Below are positions 11,490 through 25,240 of a stretch of DNA of 47,198 nucleotides, piece by piece; position 1 is the first letter of the stretch; every line of letters starts with the position of its first letter. The DNA lies in contig NC_068987.1 in assembly GCF_001194135.2 (NCBI RefSeq), positions 16,728,644-16,775,841 on the forward strand, read 5' to 3'. This DNA is from Octopus bimaculoides (Eukaryota). The notes beneath the pieces are model-generated. The model searched no databases. It had not been told where the DNA came from and was given only the letters and a program-made list of their open reading frames with translations. Position numbers and translations under genes: made by a program.

Positions 11490-12240
11490 GTAACATCAGC
11501 AGCAACAAGTGCAACCGCAGCAACAGCGGAAACAACAACAACTAGAATGGCGGTAACAAGACCAATAGAGACCACGGCAACAAAAATAACAACAGTAACA
11601 ATAGTGCAACAACAAAAACAGCAACGGCAGCAAAAGCAACAACAACAAGAACTACAGCCACAACTGTTGCAAAAACAGCAGCAAAAAAGAGCAACGCTAA
11701 AAATAACAACGGCAAGAAAACGGCATCAAAAACAACTGCAACAACAGCAGCATCAACAACTACGAAACGTGCGGCAGCAACAGAAACAAGCAAGACAGCA
11801 ACAATGATAACAACAACAACAGCAGCAGTAGTAACTACAGTAACAATAACAATAGCTAATAACGAGTGCTTTCGCTAAAAAAGGAACATCAGAAGCACAA
11901 CGTCTATAACAGCAAGGACAAAATAACAGCTAGCATAAGAACAACAACAATAACAGCAGTGGCAACAACAACTACAACATGTACGGTAGCGACAAGAACA
12001 AGCAAGACAGCAACAATGACAACAACAACTGCAAAAGCTACAATTTTCGCAAAAACAACATCAGCCATTACAAAATCAGCCATACCAACGACAAAAATCA
12101 ATAACAGCAAGGACAAAATAACAGCTAGCATAACAACAACAACAGCAACAAGAAGATCAATGACAACATGAATATAACTAACAGAAAGAACATCCAACTG
12201 CAATCCCTCCATACTTCATCCAGTATCAACAACAATGTCA
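11490..12240. repeat. Degenerate (CAA/CAG/ACA) low-complexity region with an internal 33-bp exact duplication
   Basis: ATAACAGCAAGGACAAAATAACAGCTAGCATAA at 11906-11938 and 12101-12133. Confidence 0.85.
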
Positions 12241-12361
12241 TCCCGTTACATTTATAAGATATGGCGAGCAACTCAATATGTAACCGAATATTCCGGATAA
12301 ACTAGTTTTGATAAACCGATCTGACTTCTGGAAACTCTATCTGAACTATCTCAACACAGAT

Positions 12362-13193
<832 letters not shown>

Positions 13194-13210
13194 GGTTAAA
13201 TAGTTAAGTA

Positions 13211-13438
13211 TTGGGTTGTCCGGAAAGTTCGTGCCGATTTATAGTAGCTTACCTTTCGACTTATTTGCCCTGAAACCACCTCAATTCTGGGAAGAGGGTA
13301 ATTTCAAGTTAAAGGGAAGATGGAAACGCATTGCGCAACAAAATGGTTCATATTTGGTTGATTAAAAATGTAATGGCAAGTATTTATTGACCTTTTTCTT
13401 TCCTTTAAAAATCGGCACGAACTTTCCGGACAACCCAA
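13211..13438 (+). mobile_element. Internally deleted mariner (MITE-sized, 228 bp)
   Basis: Perfect 30-bp TIRs TTGGGTTGTCCGGAAAGTTCGTGCCGATTT (13211-13240, 13409-13438); TA on the left, CG on the right. 13285-13365 encodes FWEEGNFKLKGRWKRIAQQNGSYLVD*, a mariner transposase C-terminus. Confidence 0.92.
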
Positions 13439-14252
13439 CGGATAGACAAATAGCTGTAGAAATAGCTCGATAGTTAGTACCAGCATGTTGGAGAAAAAGT
13501 GAGAAAGAGGGAAGAGAGAAAGACAGAGTAAAGAGAGAGGGACGGAAGGAAAAAGAAAGAAAGCAGGATGATGAAATGTTGAGTACTTTTTCTGTCACTA
13601 ATGCTGATGATGGAGAAGATGCTGAAGAAAATGAACAAAGTGAAAAGCGAGAGAGCGACAAATATATTCTACATATGTAAAGCGCCCCAAGGCGAAGTGA
13701 TGCGAGCGAAGGGGCCAATCACTGAAAAATCAACTTTTCGAATCAGGTTATTTGTCGCTGAGAAGACAAAGAACAAAAGGTCAAGGCTAGAACATCCGTT
13801 GTTCGTTCATAGTTACGTCTTTGTTATCAGAGATGGTGCTGGACTAAACAAGTACAAGATCAACAACAACAACAACAACAGCAGCAGTAGCAGCAGCCAC
13901 AGTAACAACTACAACAACTGGGGCCTGGTCGGTGACATACGAGATAAGCAGGAAGCCTCAACGTCGTTTGTTTGACCGTCTAAAAACGGTAGCCATCTTT
14001 GCTTCAAATCACCGCACACAAACTACTGGCAAAGATACATTAGAAGATGTACCAGATAACATCTGTGTCATTTACTTATGGCTATGGCTTCGTTCATTTG
14101 ACAGGAAGAAGGTCAGCTCGAATGACCTTTTGTACAGATTTCTCCCTCCCTCTCTCTCTGTACATATCTCTGATTCTCACACATTCTATATCTGCGCGTT
14201 AGTGAATAATTTGCGTGTATGTGTGTCCGTTTGTATGTATTTATGTATGTAA

Positions 14253-14313
<61 letters not shown>

Positions 14314-14759
14314 CACATACATATCTGTGTCTGTCTGTCTCTTTTTTATATATCCTTCTTCTCTCCCTTTATTTCTCTATATCTTCATATCTTTCAACTT
14401 ATCTATCATTCTCTCTGTGTATTTCGCACTTTCTCAGTCTCGTTATATGTGTGCGTGTGTGTGCACGCGCACGCACGTGTGTGTATGTGTATATATTTAT
14501 ATGTGTATATATATTTAGGTGTGGGTGTGTTTTTGTTTCCGTTATCTTCCTCTGCTTCTATCTCCCCCACTCTCTGTTTTCGGTGTCACCTTTTCTTTGT
14601 AAGTTTGTAGTGATTATGTGAACAATGCTGCTGCTGATGGTGATTGTGTCCTAATAGGCAAAATTGTTCACATCTATGGCAGTATTGTGTCATAATGAAT
14701 TAGATTGTATTCTGTGTGACTTAGTTGAGAGATGCCTGTATAGTGTATGTAAGGATGGC

Positions 14760-14786
14760 ATAATACGGAAAGAGAGAGAAAGAGAC

Positions 14787-14825
<39 letters not shown>

Positions 14826-15185
14826 AAGAGAGGCGGAGGGAGAGAAATGGAGGAAAGAGAGGAGAAAATGAAGAAAAAGAAGCAGAAGAAAATGAAGAAG
14901 AACAAGGAGAAAAGAAAAATGAAAAAAGTAGAAAAGAAGAGAAAATGGATGGTGAAGGGATTGGAAGAAGAAGAAAAAAGAAGGAAAAGAAGAAAATGGA
15001 GCTGGAATCGAAGAAGAAGAAGAATATGGTAGAAGAGGTAAAGAAGAAAATTAAAAGGAAGAAAAGAAGAAGCAGAAGTAGAAGAAGAAGGAAAGGAAAA
15101 AGAAAAAGGAAAAGAAAAAGATAATAATAATAATAAGAAGAAGAATAAGAAGAAGAAGAAGAATGTAGAGGAGGATAAGATGGAC
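14760..15185. repeat. Purine-only (GA)n/(GAA)n low-complexity tract
   Basis: Direct inspection. Confidence 0.95.
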
Positions 15186-15529
15186 AGAATATGAAAATGT
15201 GTATTAATAGATGCGTGAATATTTGCGCTTGAGGGTAAAATTTTGAGGCCGAATTCCGAATGTTTATCCGTCATCACTCGATACTGATAGTGTAGTTTAT
15301 GAGAGACCGCTATGTCTTGAAACTTTCATACACAACTTCTGACACTACATTTGAGATGAATAATTCATTGGACAGGAGGTTTTCCCCTCCTTCCTTCCAA
15401 GCCACACCTGTAGTCTTCTAAGTTAAACCACAAGACGAAAATAACAAGGAAAAAATTTGGTTTTACAAAGGTATTTGAACACTATGTTTGCAATAGTAAA
15501 ACAATAGTTTTAAATTCTGTACAAGATCA

Positions 15530-15710
15530 ACAGTTTTTAGAGGGAAAGGATTAGTCGATTATAACGACCCTAAAGCTCGACTTATTAATTCCGAAAGGGT
15601 GAAGAGCAAAATCGATTACGGCGTAATTTGAACTCAGAACATAAAGACGAACGAAATGCTGATGATCGCTTTGCCCGGTGAGGTAACAATTACGCCAAAT
15701 TTACCAACCT
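15530..15710 (-). mobile_element. Decayed family B SINE
   Basis: AGTCGATTATAACGACCC...CCGAAAGGGTGAAGAGCAAAATCGA..GGCGTAATTTGAACTCAGAAC matches family B. Confidence 0.7.
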
Positions 15711-16194
15711 GGAAAGAGTAAATAATTTTGCAATGCAAACATATTTCTAGCTGTACATTCTAATCTTGTGGAAAATCACAATTTATTGGCATGCACCAAC
15801 GCAACATAACCACTATTAAGAATAATGGCTTTCATTTTCTTTAAAATCCGATTGATGTATTTCTCTCAACGGCACTAAAGATGTATGCGAAGTGTGATGT
15901 AGTTCAAGTAGCAATATATAAATGAAAATTGCTTTGCTATTTTAACTCCCAAACGTTTAATAATACGTATGGTAATTTCTAACGCTGGCATAAGGTCCCA
16001 CATTTAAAGGAAAGAGCCTTGGTCGGCTAAATTAGAGACAGTACTTAGCTACTATTTATCTTAACGTCTCTAGGAGGAAATACAAAGTTGACGAAGTGTA
16101 AATATTACCACCGGTTTGGGGACTTCGCCTTTTACGGTCGAAATTAAAACAGTTGATTTGAATGCATTATATTATGTATAGTTCAAATTTACAG

Positions 16195-16318
16195 TAAGCA
16201 AAAAGAGATGGCAAGTAGGGGTACAACAAGCAGGTTTACTAGTTTGACACTCGGAAAGAATGAAAATGATTTTGACGTTTCGAGCCTACGCCCTTCAATA
16301 GAAAGGGATGAAAGGAAT
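16195..16318 (-). mobile_element. Solo Penelope-derived short repeat, copy 3
   Basis: Reverse complement CTTTCTATTGAAGGGCGTAGGCTCGAAACGTCAAAATCATTTTCATTCTTTCCGAGTGTCAAACTAGTAAACCTG... matches the other copies; abuts TA/TG microsatellite. Confidence 0.75.
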
Positions 16319-16354
16319 GTATATATATGTATATATATGTGTGTATGTGTATGC

Positions 16355-16394
<40 letters not shown>

Positions 16395-18135
16395 TGAATA
16401 TATAGAGATACAATGTCCAGGTGGGTGCCATTCAAGCATTTAGTTATAATCTAGCTTAAGGTTAATCGCATCGAGTTTTAATGAGCACCTAGAATTATTT
16501 GAGGTAAGCAATCCCATTGTATTTTTCCGGTGGGTAAATCCTGGCTTCGGTTATGAATATTTAACCGAATGTATACAGTAGTAATGAATACGGAGATTAT
16601 TACACCTGCATAATTTTATATTATTATTTCTACAGCATATTTGATTGAAATTTGCCCAAGGCACTTTGCTGGTTCATAGACATCTAGCGATGGCATTTGC
16701 ATCGAGTTACTTTCAAATTGTGATTAATCAATGCACCTTAATTCAAAGTCCATTCACTGAAGTATATATACAGAGAGAGGTTGGGAGAGAGGGTTAAGTG
16801 TAGCGATTGATGGAATTTCCCACTCTTCAATGTTTCAGATCATATTCAGCTCTGCGTGACACACATCAGATAGAAACATACTCACGCGATACAAGTCATG
16901 CTGATTCATAGGTTATCATATGTACAAAATCCGGCGCTGCACATTTAGCCAAAGTATTCCTTTAAAGCTTCATTTCTATGCACTTACTCTCTGCTCATTC
17001 TCCCTTCAGAGACATGCTATAGAATGACAACCATGAAAAAATTCGATGGGCATTTTCAAGCTAAGAAAACTAGATGTATAATACAAACAGCCGTTGCAAA
17101 TGCTAATGAGATATCAAATGTAACTGAAAGAAGTTTTTGCTTTTTACAATATAAAAATAAAATGCATGGTACTTGATTGAGAGAAAAGTGTTTAGTGTGC
17201 ATACTACATATCGGAAGAGGCGTATGTACGTCTATTTATTCATACAAATAAACAGTCATAGAAATATACATATATGTGCAGGATGTCTATGATCGTGTAT
17301 TAATGTTTCATCTGTTTGCAATGTTCTATTGATTCTATATAATTATATCTTACGCTGCGCTGCGTGATTATCAAACACTTCAGTAAGTGAGAAGATTCTT
17401 ATAACATATTAATATATACTTTAATAATCTGTGGATTTGCCGCGAAATAATAATAGAGGTTATAGATCAATAATATAAATACATACGTACGTGCATACGC
17501 ACATACATATATACATATGCATACGTGCTTTCTTACACACACACACACANNNNNNNNNNNNNNNNNNNNNNNNNNNNNNNNNNNNNNNNNNNNNNNNNNN
17601 NNNNNNNNNNNNNNNNNNNNNNNNNNNNNNNNNNNNNNNNNNNNNNNNNNNNNNNNNNNNNNNNNNNNNNNNNNNNNNNNNNNNNNNNNNNNNNNNNNNN
17701 NNNNNNNNNNNNNNNNNNNNNNNNNNNNNNNNNNNNNNNNNNNNNNNNNNNNNNNNNNNNNNNNNNNNNNNNNNNNNNNNNNNNNNNNNNNNNNNNNNNN
17801 NNNNNNNNNNNNNNNNNNNNNNNNNNNNNNNNNNNNNNNNNNNNNNNNNNNNNNNNNNNNNNNNNNNNNNNNNNNNNNNNNNATATATATACACACATAC
17901 ATGCACACACACACACACACATATATTTACAGAACTCTGACAGAAATAGTATTAATTTTCTTAGGGCATTCAATTTACCTCTGTTGATCAATAGACAAAT
18001 TGAGTATACCTACCAGCGATGTACCTATAATGACTAATGGAAACAGTTGTAAGCCAAATTGGTTCCAATAAAGGAATTATATGTAACGACCATTATTATT
18101 TTAAACTTGTTTCTTATATATATACACATAAACAC

Positions 18136-18201
<66 letters not shown>

Positions 18202-19064
18202 ATTTGTACACACATACCCACACAGTCACACGGTCGCACGCATATATGCACAATAGAAAACGACGTAAACAAAACGAACTCATCATACACATACAAATCT
18301 AAAAAGAAAACAAAGAAACAAAAATGAACAGCCACAATTATTCAAGTCGAAAACAATATTCATAAGTTACAAGAGTAAATGAGTGAGAACACTTGTCAAT
18401 AAGTATTTAATGAATAATAGACTAAGTGGTTAGCAAGGAAGATTATATACTAAACAGATTGGTAGAATACAATAACGAAAAATATTTATTATAAACCGTT
18501 CGAATGGTTTAATGTTGAATGTTGCCACTGACATGAAAGAAAGCAAAAATATTGAAAGGATTATAGTTATCGAATAAATTAAATAATTTATATAATAAAT
18601 CGATCATATTTTAAACACAGATACATAAACAGACAGACAGACAGACAGACACACGCGCGCGCGCACAAACACACACAGACGTGATGATACACGTTGACAC
18701 ACATACACATATATTCAGATATATTCACGAATAGACACAAATAATTCTAGATTCTCACAAAACTGTCCGACGAACAGAAACGTGAAACTCTGAGTAACAG
18801 TTTTTGTGATATTTCTGCTGCTTTTCATAAAGCATATTGTTCTACCTTTGGTATTTGAGTACTCTTTTCTCCACCTNNNNNNNNNNNNNNNNNNNNNNNN
18901 NNNNNNNNNNNNNNNNNNNNNNNNNNNNNNNNNNNNNNNNNNNNNNNNNNNNNNNNNNNNNNNNNNNNNNNNNNNNNNNNNNNNNNNNNNNNNNNNNNNN
19001 NNNNNNNNNNNNNNNNNNNNNNNNNNNNNNNNNNNNNNNNNNNNNNNNNNNNNNNNNNNNNNNN

Positions 19065-19097
<33 letters not shown>

Positions 19098-19384
19098 CAC
19101 GTACATTACATTCATAATATATCAATGCAACAAGTTTTTCAATGAATACAATCAATAGTACTTGTCATATGGCGTCTATGTTATTATTTCTGAATCTATT
19201 TGTGCATTTGGTCCAATCAGAATGATGACACTGCTTACAGAAATTAATGGGATTGATACGGTCGCCATTAATAATTGTTATACTAATATATAACTTTATA
19301 GTTTCGTCACGCTGTTCACTCACAAGAATTACGAATGTCAAAGTAATTGTATAAACGCAGGCATTGTTGTGTGCATAATAACTT

Positions 19385-19554
19385 CGCTTTGCAACCGCAT
19401 GGTGGTATGCTGGGTCCCACAGCGTGGATTTCTGAGCAAGTGTCTTTTATTATAGCCTCAGAATTGACCAATAGCTTTTGAGTGATATTCGTAAATGGAA
19501 ACTGGGCGGAGGCCTGTTATATACATACATACATATGCGTGTGTGCGTGCGTGC

Positions 19555-19633
<79 letters not shown>

Positions 19634-19856
19634 TGTGTGTGTGCGTGCGCGCGTTCCTTTTCTTGTTTTTCTACCTGTCCGCTTGAAATACGCTACTATG
19701 TGTTTATATGATGTGACTTACCGATTCGGTAATCTGAGAACGGTAAGTACCAGGTTTTCATATAAGGACTGAGGTCGATATTATAAACTAAAACCCTTCA
19801 ATTCGCTGCTACAGCATGGCCAAATCAAATGCCTGCAACAAGTAAACGGATAAAAG
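19385..19856 (+). mobile_element. Old full-length family A SINE with an expanded internal (TG)n
   Basis: Decayed head to GGAAACTG..GGAGGCCTGT, ~140 bp of TA/TG repeats, then AAGTACCAGG..ACTGAGGTCGAT..CAGCATGGCC..CAAGTAA..TAAAAGA tail. Confidence 0.65.
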
Positions 19857-19861
19857 AACAG

Positions 19862-20005
19862 GACTGCAGATTGGAAGTATTGCTAGAGCGTTTGGTAAGA
19901 TTCCCGTCACATTCCCGTCACATTCTGCCGCAGTCATTTAGGTTCTGCGACCAAATGTTTCGCAGGTCAATCTTGTATTCTATCCTTCCGGCGGTGGTGA
20001 AAATA
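19862..20005 (+). mobile_element. Strongly decayed family B SINE with an internal 11-bp duplication (ATTCCCGTCAC x2)
   Basis: GTTAGAGCG-like head, then GCAGGTCAATCTTG..TATCCTTCCGGCGG..AAATAAA. Confidence 0.5.
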
Positions 20006-20781
20006 AAAATATCAATTGAGTAGCATGTACGATGATATTGACTAAACTTTCCTTCGAAATCTGTGACTTCGTTCCAATGTTAGAAATCGATATTAAAATA
20101 GCTTTCATAAAGGACATAAATAAAATAAAAATATTATGTGCTCTTACTATAAAATAACTGAATAAGTTATAAAAGCTTAGTTAATTACTTTTGAATTTGA
20201 TATAAAAATATATTATTTAGTACAATGACACCTATTTCAACCGATATACGCTAGACGTGATACGGTTATACACTAGAGAGAACATACCAGTCAAACGTTT
20301 TCTTCAAAGTAAATGAAAGTCATTTGGTTTATGCTTTACCCGTGAGATGCAGTTATGTAAATGTTATGTAAATACAATATATATAAATGACAGATCACAA
20401 TTTATCGATGCAGAAGCAATTACTTGTTAAAATAGTATATGTTAAGTATCGGTAGAAGATTTTGAAAGCTCTGTATTCAGGTCTTAGGCACAAGCTATCG
20501 CGAAATTGCGTAAACAAATAAGCATAATTAATCACTAAACATACAAGCATGCGAATGCAAACATTTATATTCTGCACAGTAAAGAAACACACGGAATGTT
20601 TGCACATCATCGGCAATCTTCACAGCTTAAGCTTTCAAATAAATAACTATGGAGAAATTTACACATACACACATATGCAATATATCCTCTATATATATAG
20701 ACATATATGCACAAGTCATGTTTTCGAGGTATATCGTTTATGTAAGTATTCGTATGTTGTATATATATATATATATATCTA

Positions 20782-20860
<79 letters not shown>

Positions 20861-22117
20861 ATATATATATATATATANNNNNNNNNNNNNNNNNNNNNNN
20901 NNNNNNNNNNNNNNNNNNNNNNNNNNNNNNNNNNNNNNNNNNNNNNNNNNNNNNNNNNNNNNNNNNNNNNNNNNNNNNNNNNNNNNNNNNNNNNNNNNNN
21001 NNNNNNNNNNNNNNNNNNNNNNNNNNNNNNNNNNNNNNNNNNNNNNNNNNNNNNNNNNNNNNNNNNNNNNNNNNNNNNNNNNNNNNNNNNNNNNNNNNNN
21101 NNNNNNNNNNNNNNNNNNNNNNNNNNNNNNNNNNNNNNNNNNNNNNNNNNNNNNNNNNNNNNNNNNNNNNNNNNNNNNNNNNNNNNNNNNNNNNNNNNNN
21201 NNNNNNNNNNNNNNNNNNNNNNNNNNNNNNNNNNNNNNNNNNNNNNNNNNNNNNNNNNNNNNNNNNNNNNNNNNNNNNNNNNNNNNNNNNNNNNNNNNNN
21301 NNNNNNNNNNNNNNNNNNNNNNNNNNNNNNNNNNNNNNNNNNNNNNNNNNNNNNNNNNNNNNNNNNNNNNNNNNNNNNNNNNNNNNNNNNNNNNNNNNNN
21401 NNNNNNNNNNNNNNNNNNNNNNNNNNNNNNNNNNNNNNNNNNNNNNNNNNNNNNNNNNNNNNNNNNNNNNNNNNNNNNNNNNNNNNNNNNNNNNNNNNNN
21501 NNNNNNNNNNNNNNNNNNNNNNNNNNNNNNNNNNNNNNNNNNNNNNNNNNNNNNNNNNNNNNNNNNNNNNNNNNNNNNNNNNNNNNNNNNNNNNNNNNNN
21601 NNNNNNNNNNNNNNNNNNNNNNNNNNTATATATATATTCATACATACATGGGAGAATAATATCCTTTTACATTGTCTATATAAACCCATTAATTGACATG
21701 ATCGGATTATTTGACTTCCGCTGATGAAGTTACCATTCGGGTACTTAATATGAACGTGTACCTGACAGAAACATGGTTGGATGCTCTCAACGCACGACAA
21801 TTATTCCATTCCGATTTCGACCCTCCTTGTTACTCGCTTTAAACTCCTTTCGTTACGTCATCACTTGGAGTCGTGCGCAGACTGGACATTGTGATTCTCG
21901 GGTATCTAAATGTGCTTACTGTATGTTCTTGACTTATATTTCTCATTTATCTGGCTGAAGATGTATTTGTTTGTGCATACTGGTGTTATGTGGTACATCT
22001 ACGTATGGCATCTATGGTGTGACATCAAGTGTTACCGAATACTAAAAGTTATGTAACAGATGAAATAGAGGAGTGCCTCATTCAAGCCCATGTTCGTTGT
22101 TTTTTTTCATTATGTGT

Positions 22118-22555
22118 ACGTATGTATGTATGTATGTATGTATGTATGTATGTATGTATGTATGTATGTATGTATGTATAAATATATAGAAAATAAGAGG
22201 GATATGAAGTGAGAATGAGCGAGCGAGAGAGAGAGAAAGAAAGAGAGGAAAAGAGTGAGAGAAAGAGAAAGAGAGAATTAGAGGGAAAGTGAAAGAGAGG
22301 GAGAGAAAGAGAGAGGGGAAGAGGAAGAGGAAAAGAGCGAGAGAAAGAGAGAATTAGAGGGAAAGAGAAAGAGAGAGAGAGAGAAAGAGAGAAAGAGAAA
22401 GAGGGAGAGAGAAAGAGAGAAAGAGAAGGAAAGAGTGGAAAAGAGCGAGAGAAAGAGAGAGAAAAAGAGAGAGAGAGAGAAAGAGAGAAAGAGAGAGACA
22501 GAGAGAAAGAGAGAGAGGATGTGAGACACAGAGAGAAATAGAAAGATAGATAGGT

Positions 22556-22616
<61 letters not shown>

Positions 22617-22635
22617 GAGAGACAGAGACAGAGAA
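22118..22635. repeat. (TATG)n followed by a ~440-bp GA-rich polypurine tract with internal ~25-bp duplications
   Basis: GAAAGAGAGAATTAGAGGGAAAG x2 and GAAAAGAGCGAGAGAAAGAGAGA x2. Confidence 0.95.
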
Positions 22636-24854
22636 ATATAAAGAGATTGGTGTATTTATATACGAGATTCATTTACAAATTAAGCAAGAAGTTAAAAAAA
22701 TCCAGTTGGAAACTAACAAAATGAAAAATATATATAAAAAAAAAAATTCTGCTGGAGCAAAAAACAAAAAAAAAATGTACAACTTACGAGGCTGATTGTT
22801 AAGAAAGGCCTGGAGAAGTCTTAGAAAAAAAGTGTACGAGATTGATATTTCATTATAGTGAAGGAGAGAAACTTGACAGGTGCAGGAACATACAAAATGA
22901 GCGAAAGGACAGAGATGCGTAACAAAAGAGATAATAAAATTAGGGATAGTAAGTCGTATGCATAACATATATATGTGTGTGCGTATGTATGTGTGTGGTA
23001 GTTGTGGTGGGGGGACTGTAATTTTGCTTCCTTCTTGCCAGAGAATGACGTCATTTTCTGTAATATGAAACTTCTCCAGGTGTCTTAAGAAATGACGCCG
23101 CTTATCAAGAAGTATGTTGATCTGTTACGGGGATCTGCGATCATCTGAATTAATTTAATAGTTTAAAAGTTCTTACCGAACCTACATTTGCTACAAACAG
23201 AACTGTATACAAACATAACGGTATTGCTTCAGAAGATGGTCACGTCTATCTTTCTTTGAATTAGTTCTTCGTTCTGTTAGTATCAACTAAATATTTCGGT
23301 ATCTGCGATAATTATATTTTGATTTTATTTATTTTAACCATACATTTCATTTAATCATTCCTTTAGTTTTCTTTGGTATGTACAATCGTCGCTCTTTAAG
23401 CAGATCTTCACGAATTTAAACCAAATCACAGTTATAAATATACCTACATCTTTATGTATGTATGTATGTATGTATGTATGTATGTATGTATTATGTTATA
23501 TGTATGTATTATGTTATATGTATGTATGTGTGTCATTATTCACTTTTATTTCAAACTTTCATGCCAAGAGAGAAGGAGCCGGTTTTAATCTAGATCCAAG
23601 GCTCCTTCACTGGAATTTCAACACCAACAGAGTATTTTTGTATGTATATATATGTACAGATTTGTATGTTTTGCTTTATGTATGTATTCTCATACATCTA
23701 GTTGCACATCTAGACATGATTGTTTATACTTAAATGATACATTTCTGGAAAGTTTTACAGATTTTTACAGTCCCAGCGATGGCTTGGATTTGTAGTCTTC
23801 GAATCAACTTTCGCCATTCTGGTTTTGAGAGGCCTAATTTCTGAAAATTGTTATTTAGGCAGTATGTTACACATCCCAGTGCCCCAATAATTACAGGTAT
23901 AAACCTGAACTTGTAATGTATGTATTTATGAATGTATGTATTTATGCATGTATGTATGTTTGCATCTATCTATCTATCTATCTAGCTATCTATCTACCTG
24001 TCTTTATATATATGAGTGTGTATGTGTGTCCTATGAATGTGCGTGCGTTTGTGTGCACATGTGTGCACGTATACTTAAATTCCATTATGATGTACGTTAA
24101 TGGCAAAGCAATCATACACATATACAAAGCAACAGCAATAATATATTATTGCTGCATGGTTTAAACATAAGTGTACAATGTGGAAAATTTCCATAAATCT
24201 TGAAATATTTCCAGTAATGATTTATAAAGAACATTTTAGGATGATTATTACACATTATACAACACTAACTGAACTAATGCCATTTTGATTATTTGTTGTT
24301 AGTTCTATTGTTAGTATAAATGTGATTGTTGAATGTATAAAGTGAAAGTGTTAGCCTTTATTCTGTTACAAACCATAAGCGTATGAAACGCAGTGTATAT
24401 TATTGTATTTTGTATATGGCAGATGTCTACCAGTGTGTTCATAAGAGCGCCTATACAACTTGTTGTTGGCTATTGTATACTATTGTCAACATGCTGAGTT
24501 AACTGTATGGGATTGCTATGTATGTGGTACCCTGTGAGGCGTAGGATGAATATAATAATAACGAGAAATACTTCACGGCTGGAGATTTTATATTTTTATT
24601 AATCCCTTGCTGCATATATTTCGGCATTACATGTATTTTTATGGGACCACCTCGCCATATCCATAAGATACGTATATGTACTTTGTTCATTTTCCAGATT
24701 CTGAAGGCTTAGCAGTGTTGGTTAACATAGATGAAGAAGATGAAAATGACATTTTTCTACAATATATGATTGTTTGTGTGTGCTTGTGTGTGTGTGCGTG
24801 CGTGCGTGCGTATATGTGTGTGTGTTTGTGTGTGTGTGTGTGGATGTAGTCCAA

Positions 24855-24975
24855 AATATAAAAAACACAAAGACGCGGTAAAAGAACAACCAAACAGGTA
24901 GTATTAGGTTTACGCTAAAGAAAATTGGAAGAAGTCTTTAACGTTTCGAGCCAACGTTCTTCTATATTGAAAGCA
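24855..24975 (-). mobile_element. Solo Penelope-derived short repeat, copy 4 (more decayed)
   Basis: Reverse complement GCTTTCAATATAGAAGAACGTTGGCTCGAAACGTTAAAGACTTCTTCC...GCGTAAACCTAATACTACCTGTTTGGTTG matches the family. Confidence 0.7.
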
Positions 24976-25055
24976 TATATATAAGGAGATGGAGAAACAA
25001 GAACAAACTTAACTGAATTAAACGGTCTCTGTATCCGCCTTCTTTTCTAATATCA

Positions 25056-25240
25056 TCTGTTCTGTATTTCAAAGGGTCAGCCTTGTCACACTGTGTCACG
25101 CTGAATATCCTCGAGAACTACGTTAAGGGTACACGTGTCTGTGGAGTGCTCAGCCACTTGCACGTTAATTTCACGAGCAGGCTGTTCCGTTGATCGGATC
25201 AACTGGAACACTCGTCGTCGTAACCGACGGAGTGCCAACC
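25056..25240 (+). mobile_element. Family C SINE, 5'-truncated 3' half
   Basis: Near-identical by eye to the reverse complement of 31492-31672 (fewer than about 10 differences in ~170 nt). Confidence 0.9.

Noticed and set aside
11547-12171. Poly-Q or Thr-rich mucin-like protein
   Set aside because: The Q/T runs switch between frames and are broken by stops; no splice context. Best explained as decayed CAA/CAG repeat.
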